DNA of 24,000 bases from Angelakisella sp. (GTDB taxonomy: Bacteria; Bacillota; Clostridia; Oscillospirales; Ruminococcaceae), in NCBI GenBank assembly GCA_020024555.1, contig JAHHTQ010000001.1, forward strand, positions 7,333 through 31,332. The letters are read 5' to 3'. This document shows positions 7,993-14,901 of the stretch, piece by piece (the stretch's first letter is position 1; every line of letters begins with the position of its first letter). Both the position numbers and the translations under genes were made by a program. Under the pieces are notes generated by a model. That model saw only the letters and a list, made by a program, of their open reading frames with translations, did no database searches and was not told the DNA's origin.

Positions 7993-9087
7993 ATGATACA
8001 CGAAGAACAAGGAATACAGCTAAAAGAAGCCATAAACGGATATGACTTTGGAGAAGTGACAAATGCTGTCCGCTATGGCGAAGGACATATTAATGATACT
8101 TTCTTGGTAGAGACAACGGGTTTACGTTATATTTTGCAAAGAATAAATACATCAATATTCAAAAATCCTGTTAAACTAATGGAAAACATTGTTAACGTAA
8201 CGGAACACTTACGCAAAAAAATAGTTGAAAACGGTGGAGACCCAATGCGTGAGACACTGAATGTGATTAAAACAAAAGAAGGCAATAATTATTTTGTAGA
8301 CAGTGATAATCACTATTGGAGAGCGGTGTACTTTGTAGAAGGAACATTTTGTTTGCAAATGGTAGAAAAACCTGAACATTTCTATGAAAGCGCAAAGAGT
8401 TTCGGTAACTTTATGCGTCAGCTTGAAGATTTCCCTGCCGATACTCTGTTTGAAACAATAGAGAAATTCCACGACAGTGAAAACAGATTTAAAAACTTTA
8501 AGAAAGCTCTTGAAGAAGATAAAATGGGCAGAGCAAAAGATGTACAGGAAGAAATTAACTTTGTGCTTTCACGTGAGTCTGATTACAGCTATCTTATGAA
8601 CAAACTGCATAACGGTGAAATTCCGCTAAGGGTTACACACAATGATACAAAGCTCAATAATATACTTATTGATGAAAAATCAGAACAGGGTATATGTGTA
8701 ATTGACCTTGATACAATTATGCCGGGACTATGTGTAAATGACTACGGTGATTCTATCCGTTTCGGTGCGTCAACAGGAGCAGAAGACGAAAAAGACCTAG
8801 ATAAAGTGCATTTTAGTCTGGAACTATTTGAACTGTATACAAAAGGTTATTTGGAAGCAACAGGAAACGCTCTTACAGAAGAAGAAAGAAACTGTCTTCG
8901 CTGGGGCGCAAAACTTATGACACTGGAATGTGGCACAAGATTTTTAACAGATTACCTTGAAGGTGATACATACTTTAAAGTTCACAGAGAAGGTCATAAT
9001 CTGGACAGAACAAGAACTCAGTTCCGTTTGGTTAAGGAAATGGAAGAAAACTGGGACAAAATGCAGGAAATAGTAGATAAATATTAA
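7993..9087 (+). CDS. nahK: N-acetylhexosamine 1-kinase (APH-fold anomeric kinase)
   Basis: The track ORF starts at 7924 but overlaps the upstream gene. Homology to B. longum NahK/LnpB (from memory) starts at the ATG at 7993 (MIHEEQG...): GEGHINDTFLV, YILQRINTSIF, RVTHNDTKLNNIL, IDLDTIMPG, GDSIRFGAST.EDEKDL.KVHFS, LTLECGTRFLTDYLEGDTYF. GGAAGGAG lies upstream. Confidence 0.93.
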   Translation: MIHEEQGIQLKEAINGYDFGEVTNAVRYGEGHINDTFLVETTGLRYILQRINTSIFKNPVKLMENIVNVTEHLRKKIVENGGDPMRETLNVIKTKEGNNYFVDSDNHYWRAVYFVEGTFCLQMVEKPEHFYESAKSFGNFMRQLEDFPADTLFETIEKFHDSENRFKNFKKALEEDKMGRAKDVQEEINFVLSRESDYSYLMNKLHNGEIPLRVTHNDTKLNNILIDEKSEQGICVIDLDTIMPGLCVNDYGDSIRFGASTGAEDEKDLDKVHFSLELFELYTKGYLEATGNALTEEERNCLRWGAKLMTLECGTRFLTDYLEGDTYFKVHREGHNLDRTRTQFRLVKEMEENWDKMQEIVDKY

Positions 9088-9167
9088 TATAGAGATTTTA
9101 TTGGAAAATAAATGTACCATAGGTTATAAATTAATTTAAAATCAGTATATTTATTTGATAGTTTTGG

Positions 9168-9198
9168 GAGAGCAGATTTTTATAATAAAACTGCTCTC
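9168..9198 (+). repeat. 31-nt hairpin element, copy 1 (no U-tract)
   Basis: GAGAGCAGATTTTTATAATAAAACTGCTCTC. The outer 8-bp stem is GAGAGCAG/CTGCTCTC, with an inner AT stem. It is identical to 9384-9414 except for one base (A/G at position 9). Followed by TCAGTGTG, so it is not a canonical terminator. Confidence 0.8.
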
Positions 9199-9206
9199 TC
9201 AGTGTG

Positions 9207-9235
9207 TTAAAAAAGATATAGCCATTTGTTATAAT
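9207..9235 (+). promoter_or_regulatory. Candidate extended -10 promoter for the intergenic RNA
   Basis: TTAAAA (9207-9212), 17-nt spacer ending in TGT, then TATAAT (9230-9235), i.e. TGnTATAAT. Lies between the two hairpin copies. Confidence 0.35.
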
Positions 9236-9241
9236 GACGAA

Positions 9242-9422
9242 GTCTATAAAAGTTTTACTCAATTTTTTTCAAAAAATTGCGGTTCTTAGGCAGCGCCTAA
9301 GACGTTTTCCGCAGAAAACGGAACGCTTTTGCCGTGCAAATTTGTGCATATTTTTCTGGCAATATAGTTTTTTGACAGTCTATGAGAGCAGGTTTTTATA
9401 ATAAAACTGCTCTCTTTTTTTT
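9242..9422 (+). ncRNA. Candidate ~180-nt structured RNA (orphan sRNA or cis-leader), family not recognised
   Basis: Bounded by the putative promoter and the canonical terminator. The core 9279-9348 is locally GC-rich and contains adjacent perfect hairpins CTTAGG-CAGCG-CCTAAG (9285-9301) and CGTTTTC-CGCA-GAAAACG (9303-9320). These are enclosed by GCG(G)TTC / GAACGC (9279-9285 / 9321-9326). No SD-plus-start ORF is present. Confidence 0.3.
9384..9422 (+). terminator. Intrinsic terminator (31-nt hairpin element copy 2 plus T8)
   Basis: GAGAGCAGGTTTTTATAATAAAACTGCTCTC (9384-9414) followed by TTTTTTTT (9415-9422). Confidence 0.85.
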
Positions 9423-9487
9423 AATTGTAAAATTAATTTAAATGTATAATGCAATAATTGTTATAAAGAGAGAATAAGAATATATGC

Positions 9488-9516
9488 TTGTAAAATAATT
9501 GTGCAAAACATATAAT
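9488..9516 (+). promoter_or_regulatory. Candidate sigma-A promoter of pcrA
   Basis: TTGTAA (9488-9493), 17-nt spacer, TATAAT (9511-9516). A second extended -10, TGATATAAT, lies at 9559-9567. Confidence 0.5.
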
Positions 9517-9614
9517 TTATATTTTTATTAAAATACACGTGATAATATTTGTTTTTTATGATATAATTATATGGTTATGTAAAAAGAAAAATTTGTGGAT
9601 AGCGGAGGTATGAA

Positions 9615-12014
9615 ATGTCATTATCTTTACAAGATTACAATATATTAAGAGAAAAGATTTTCGATAAATTTTTAAATGGACTGAATAATAAGCAAAAAGA
9701 GGCAGTTCTTACCACAAAGGGTTCTGTGCTTATTTTGGCAGGCGCGGGCAGTGGTAAAACAACTGTTATTATTAATCGTATAGCATTTATGCTGATGTTT
9801 GGTAATTGCGCAATGTATAGTGATACTGTGCCACAACTCAGCGACAGTGAAATAGCGATGCTAAAAGAATGTGCGTTGAGTGGTAAGTATATGGAGGAAG
9901 TTGCAAGAATTATCGCTGTCGAAAAACCAAACCCATGGAATATACTTGCAATAACATTTACAAATAAGGCGGCGGGTGAGCTTCGTGAGAGACTACAAAA
10001 AAAGCTTGGCTGTGACGGTGAAAATGTGGCTGCGGGTACGTTTCACTCTACCTGCTCAAAGATTTTGCGTAGAGAAATTGACCGTTTGGGATATACTTCC
10101 GATTTTACTATTTATGATACAGATGACTCCTTGCGTATAATAAAGCAGTGTATGGAGGAGCTTTCCATTGATGAAAAACGTTTTCCGCCACGCGCTTTTA
10201 TCAGTCTTATTTCTTCCGCAAAAGATAATCTTACATCTTTTGAAGAAATGCAAAGTGCTTATCAAGACGAATTTTTATATAAGGTGACAGGACAGGTTTA
10301 TCAGAAGTATCAAGAAAAACTGAAAAAAGCAAACGCGCTCGATTTTGATGATATAATAGTTCTTACAGTTAAATTATTCAAAGAGTATCCCGAGGTTTTG
10401 GAAAAATACAGAAACAGATGGAAATATATAATGGTGGACGAGTATCAGGATACAAACCACACACAGTATATGCTTGTGAGTATGCTTGCGGGAAGTCATG
10501 GCAATATTTGTGTTGTTGGTGACGATGACCAAAGTATATACAAATTCCGTGGCGCAACCATTGAGAATATACTTAGTTTTGAAGAACAGTTTAAGGGCAC
10601 GAAGGTAATCAAATTGGAACAGAACTATCGTTGTTCGTCAAAAATACTTGATGCTGCAAATACAGTTATTGCGCAAAATACAAAACGTAAGGCAAAGACG
10701 CTTTGGACAAAGAATGAAGATGGCGAAAATATACAGCTATATAGCGGTAATGACGATAGACGGGAGGCGCTGTTTATTGCGAATACTATCGAAAGAAATC
10801 ATGCAAAGGGTATTGCCTATAACAGTCACGCAATACTTTACAGAATGAACAGTCAGTCAAATACCATTGAGCAAATGTTTATTCAAAGGGGCATACCTTA
10901 TAAAATCATCGGTGGCAGAAAGTTTTTTGACCGTAAAGAGATAAAAGATATTCTTGCATATATGCAGTTAGTCAATAATAATACAGATAATTTGAGACTT
11001 ACAAGAATAGTAAACGAGCCGAAACGTGGTTTGGGTGATGCGACAATAGACACCGTTGAAGAAATCAGCAATATGTTGGGACTTTCAATGCTTGAAGTAA
11101 TGCTAAATGCAAGTGAATATGCGCCACTGTCAAAAAAGGCAAACGGACTTGTAGCATTTGCGCAAATGATAAAGGATATATCGGACGAAACAGACAGTTC
11201 GACAGTGCTTGATATATTTGAAATGATACTTGAAAAGAGTGGTTATGTTACTGCATTAAAGCAAAAAAATGACTTTGAGAGTCAAGGCAGACTTGAAAAT
11301 ATAGATGAGTTACGTAATACGATAGTAAAATATATTGAGGAAACAGAAGAACCAACACTATCGGGATTTTTGGAGGAAATAGCGCTGTATACCGAGCTTG
11401 ATGGACTGAGCGAAGATGATGACGCTGTAACTATGATGACGCTTCACTCGGCAAAAGGTCTTGAATTCCCTTATGTATTTATTGCGGGTATGGAGGAAAA
11501 TATATTTCCGGGACAGCGTTCGATAGCGAGTCTTTCGGAGCTTGAAGAAGAACGCAGACTTGCCTATGTGGGAATTACTCGCGCAAAGAAACAATTATTT
11601 ATTACAACAGCGCAGCAAAGAATGTTTAACGGAAAAACAACACGCAATCCTATTTCACGTTTTGCAAATGACATTCCAAAAGAAATTTTAGATATTAAAT
11701 CAGATAATCAATATGAGTCTATGGGTAGATATGGCGGTTACAGCGGTTATGGCAGTGGCAGAACGTCTATTCCTACATATACAATACCGACAGCGCAAAA
11801 ACCAATATCCAAGCCACAGCCGAAAGCTACACCGAAAGCAGAGCCATTTGGTTTTAAAGCCGGAGACAGAATACATCACAAAACATTCGGTAACGGTAAA
11901 ATTATGTCTGTTACGCCAATGGGCGCAGATAATATGGTAGAAATAGCGTTTGATACAGGCGCAACAAAGAGATTAATGACAAGTTATATAAAACTTGAAC
12001 CTGCGAAAGATTAA
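9615..12014 (+). CDS. pcrA: ATP-dependent DNA helicase PcrA (UvrD/Rep superfamily 1A)
   Basis: 799 aa with RBS GGAGG upstream. Motifs present: AGAGSGKTT (Walker A), [67 protein letters not shown]. C-terminal Gly/Tyr/Ser and Pro/Lys linker, then the Tudor-like tail [17 protein letters not shown]. Confidence 0.95.
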   Translation: [799 protein letters not shown]

Positions 12015-12032
12015 TTTTAAGGGGTAAAGTTT

Positions 12033-12650
12033 ATGACAGAAAAAGAAAAATGCGCGCAAGGTTTAATTTATGACGCAAATTATGATGAAGAACTTTACAG
12101 AGACAGAATAATTTGTAAGGATAAGTGTCTTGAATTTAATTCTTTACCATTTTCACAGGCGGATAAAAAGTCAGGTATAATAAAAAATCTTTTTGGAAAA
12201 ACAAAGGATAATTTTTTTATTACAGCGCCTTTTTGGTGTGACTATGGCTACAATATAGAGATAGGCGAAAATTTTTATACAAATCATAATTGTGTAATAC
12301 TTGACTGCGCCAAAGTTACTTTTGGTGATAATGTTTTTATTGCTCCAAATTGTTGTTTTTCCACTGCGGGACACCCCATTGACAGTGAAAGACGAAATAT
12401 GGGTTTGGAATTTGCCTATCCAATCAAAATAGGCAATAATGTGTGGATAGGCGCAAATGTAACTGTGCTTTCAAATGTCACAATAGGTGATAATGTTGTG
12501 ATTGGCGCGGGAAGCGTTGTCAATAGGGACATACCTTCAAACACTGTTGCTTGCGGAAATCCCTGCCTTGTTGTCCGTGAAATTACAGAAAAAGATAAAA
12601 ACAGCTATTTAGAGAGACCAAAACCGAAAACAGCGCAATATAAAAAATAA
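12033..12650 (+). CDS. maa: Sugar O-acetyltransferase, left-handed beta-helix (maltose/galactoside O-acetyltransferase family)
   Basis: 205 aa with RBS AAGGGG upstream. N-terminal Maa-type cap (MTEKEK...GLIYDANYDEEL..R), hexapeptide repeats (IGNNVWIGANVTVLSNVTIGDNVVIGAGSVV) and a catalytic-region AGHP. Confidence 0.85.
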   Translation: MTEKEKCAQGLIYDANYDEELYRDRIICKDKCLEFNSLPFSQADKKSGIIKNLFGKTKDNFFITAPFWCDYGYNIEIGENFYTNHNCVILDCAKVTFGDNVFIAPNCCFSTAGHPIDSERRNMGLEFAYPIKIGNNVWIGANVTVLSNVTIGDNVVIGAGSVVNRDIPSNTVACGNPCLVVREITEKDKNSYLERPKPKTAQYKK

Positions 12651-12663
12651 AAAGAGGTAGAAT

Positions 12664-13284
12664 ATGCTAAAAGTTGAAAATTTGGAAGCAATGAATTTTA
12701 TGAATGCCATACGTGGCGCAAGAAATCCTATGAACAGTTGGGCAAAGCTTGATAGCCATATTAACGAAAACGGTGAGTTTGTCTTGGGAGAAAATGATAA
12801 AAATTTGTTAGTGCGTCTATGCCGTTCAGGCAGTGACCACCGAAAATTTATGAGACAGATTTTTGTTACAATGGATATAACAGCGCCGCTTTATTGGTGG
12901 AAAGAATTTGATACATATAAAGTGGCAACTGTCGCAAATTCTACGAGTACTATGCACAAAATTCACAGTCAGCCATTCAAGTTGGAACATTTCAGTTGTG
13001 ATAAATTAAATGAAAAATCACTCGAAAAATTTAAAAATTATATGGAGTATCTGGAAGAACTCAGACAAAAATTTGTTGAGACAAAGGATAAGGCTGTTTG
13101 GTATGAACTTATACAAATGTTGCCTACAAATTATAATCAAATGAGAACTTGCACAATGAATTACGAAACACTTATTAATATGTATAATGCTCGTAAAAAT
13201 CATAAATTGGACGAGTGGCACATACTTTGTGATGCTATAAAAACCTTACCTTATGCAAAGGAACTTATACTAATGGAGGAATGA
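12664..13284 (+). CDS. ThyX-fold (Thy1-like) protein lacking the ThyX signature motif; function unknown
   Basis: 206 aa with RBS AGAGG upstream. Collinear with T. maritima ThyX from memory: [12 protein letters not shown] ~ [36 protein letters not shown] ~ [60 protein letters not shown] ~ [33 protein letters not shown]. The signature RHRxxSxxxxSxR is replaced by [16 protein letters not shown]. Confidence 0.7.
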   Translation: [206 protein letters not shown]

Positions 13285-13290
13285 GTATTT

Positions 13291-13947
13291 ATGGGAAAGT
13301 TAATAGTAATAGAGGGTTTGGACGGAAGCGGAAAAGCAACGCAGACAGATATGTTATATAATAGATTGCTGGCTAATAATACTCCTTGTAAAAAAATAAG
13401 TTTCCCAAATTACGAAGAAGACACATCGGCGCTTATAAAAATGTACTTAGCCGGCGGACTGGGGTCTCTTTCCGATGTCGGCGCATACGGGGCGTCACTG
13501 TTTTATACAGTTGACAGATACGGAAGTTATCTTAAAAATTGGAAAATGGATTATGATGAAGGAAAAGTTATCCTGTGCGACAGATATACAACGTCAAATA
13601 TTCCTCATCAGATGTCAAAACTACCTGAAAATGAGTGGGCAGATTTCATTGACTGGCTTTATGATTTGGAATTTAAAAAAGTAGGTATTCCAAAGCCCAA
13701 TCAAGTAATATATCTCGATGTTTTGCCGGAAGTTTCAAAGAAATTGTTATCAAAAAGATATGAAAACGATGAGGGAAAAAGAGACATACACGAGGCAGAT
13801 TTTGAATATTTGTTAAAATGCAGAAAAGCGGCAATGTATGGAGCAGAAAAACTAAACTGGAAAGTAATATCGTGCTGTAATGGTGATACAATAAAGCCTA
13901 TTGAAGAAATAGCAGAAAATATATTTAGCAGTATAACAGTATTATGA
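13291..13947 (+). CDS. tmk: Thymidylate (dTMP) kinase family protein, type-I (eukaryote/poxvirus-like) flavour
   Basis: 218 aa with RBS GGAGGA inside the upstream gene's 3' end, 6 nt after its stop. P-loop IEGLDGSGKAT, ISFPNY...KMYL block, DRYTTSN (DRY motif), IPKPNQVIYLDV. Resembles human TMPK blocks (LRFPERST.., VDRYAFSG, LPKPDLVLFL) more than the bacterial REPGG type. Confidence 0.8.
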   Translation: MGKLIVIEGLDGSGKATQTDMLYNRLLANNTPCKKISFPNYEEDTSALIKMYLAGGLGSLSDVGAYGASLFYTVDRYGSYLKNWKMDYDEGKVILCDRYTTSNIPHQMSKLPENEWADFIDWLYDLEFKKVGIPKPNQVIYLDVLPEVSKKLLSKRYENDEGKRDIHEADFEYLLKCRKAAMYGAEKLNWKVISCCNGDTIKPIEEIAENIFSSITVL

Positions 13948-13984
13948 GAAAGCTATCGATACAAAAAAAGGAGATGTTATAAAA

Positions 13985-14524
13985 ATGTACAGTAAGTTTT
14001 TTGAAGAAATCAAGTTTCCGTATAATGCTCATACAGACAGTACAGTCAATATTGAAATACTTATAAACCACAGTGGAAAAAAGCTTACTAAGAAAAGGGG
14101 CGCAATGCGTCAGTTTGAAAAGAATTTTCCGCTTTGGCAGTATGAAGATATTGTTGAAAAGAACATTGACACAGCTTTTGAAATAGAAAAACAATGGCAA
14201 AGTATAAATACAGTTACAGATGAAGAAAGAAAGTTTGTAATTGAAATATTCAGAAAATTACATAATAAAAGTGATGTTAATTTCTATGGGATAATACTTA
14301 ACGACGGGAATAATAATGTTGGATACAGTATCTCGGCGCAGTTATCGGAAGATACAGCGGTTATTTTGGTGCTAAGGACAGTTACAGAAGTTTCAGGACT
14401 TGTTCCAATGCTATACAGAGAAACAGCAAGAGCATTATTTCAGCACATACCACAGCTGCAAAATATAGATATGGGTGCCGGAGGCAGCGCCATTGATATA
14501 CAAAACAGAAATTCATATTTATAA
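13985..14524 (+). CDS. DUF2156 / LPG-synthase-C-like GNAT-fold protein, C-terminal half only
   Basis: 179 aa with RBS AAGGAG upstream. GKKLTKKRGAMRQFEKNFPLWQYEDI...EIEKQW matches the mid-protein GKKyhKKRNhInkFkk..y.ye.l motif of DUF2156 proteins (from memory about 290-300 aa). The N-terminal half of the family is absent here. Confidence 0.55.
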   Translation: MYSKFFEEIKFPYNAHTDSTVNIEILINHSGKKLTKKRGAMRQFEKNFPLWQYEDIVEKNIDTAFEIEKQWQSINTVTDEERKFVIEIFRKLHNKSDVNFYGIILNDGNNNVGYSISAQLSEDTAVILVLRTVTEVSGLVPMLYRETARALFQHIPQLQNIDMGAGGSAIDIQNRNSYL

Positions 14525-14540
14525 TAAAAGTTTTTATAAA

Positions 14541-14574
14541 AGTTGTTGCATTCGCAATGACTTTTTTCTTTTTT
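14541..14574 (+). terminator. Intrinsic terminator closing the pcrA-to-DUF2156 gene string
   Basis: AGTTGTTGC (14541-14549) / GCAATGACT (14554-14562) forms a 9-bp stem with two G-U pairs and loop ATTC, followed by TTTTTTCTTTTTT. Confidence 0.65.
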
Positions 14575-14834
14575 ATATCTTTCCGGAAGGCTGATATATT
14601 CTATTTTCTATGATATAAAACATACGTGTGCAAATATTTATTTAAAAAAGAGAAATGTGAAAAATAAAGAAGAATACAGAAAGATTTTTTTGATAATAAA
14701 AAAGCCGATGATAAATCTTTGCATAGTACATACTATTGAAAAATTGATTAGAATTTGTGGAGGTAAAAAACTATGTTTATAATACTAAAATAATTAAATA
14801 GATTTTATATTTAATTATTTTGGCTTTTGAGCGA

Positions 14835-14871
14835 TTTACAATTATTATTTATTGTGATACAATGATATCAC
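14835..14871 (+). promoter_or_regulatory. Promoter with overlapping inverted repeat, upstream of the nucleosidase-family gene
   Basis: TTTACA (14835-14840), 17-nt spacer ending in TGA, then TACAAT (14858-14863), an extended -10. Inverted repeat GTGATA (14854-14859) N6 TATCAC (14866-14871) straddles the -10 and start site. Confidence 0.5.
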
Positions 14872-14901
14872 TATTTATAATTGTTAGGAGAATAATACAC
14901 T

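Noticed and set aside
10648-11940. Alternative-frame ORFs inside pcrA (10648-10848, 11713-11940, 11358-11594 minus), and similar ones inside the tmk-like gene (13475-13684, 13673-13891) and lgt (22728-22943, 22863-23084).
   Set aside because: All are embedded in confidently identified genes. They lack SD sequences and have low-complexity or basic junk compositions.
9615-12014. Considered whether the UvrD-like helicase is the motor of a defence system (Gabija- or Hachiman-style helicase partner).
   Set aside because: It has the full PcrA motif set and the PcrA-specific C-terminal Tudor-like tail. It has no nuclease partner and sits in a housekeeping-type context, so I call it the chromosomal pcrA.
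14773-14793. SD-preceded mini-ORF ATG TTT ATA ATA CTA AAA TAA (MFIILK) as a possible leader peptide.
   Set aside because: It lies upstream of the best promoter for the downstream gene (14835-14863), so it is probably not on that transcript. Such a short ORF in AT-rich DNA is easily fortuitous.
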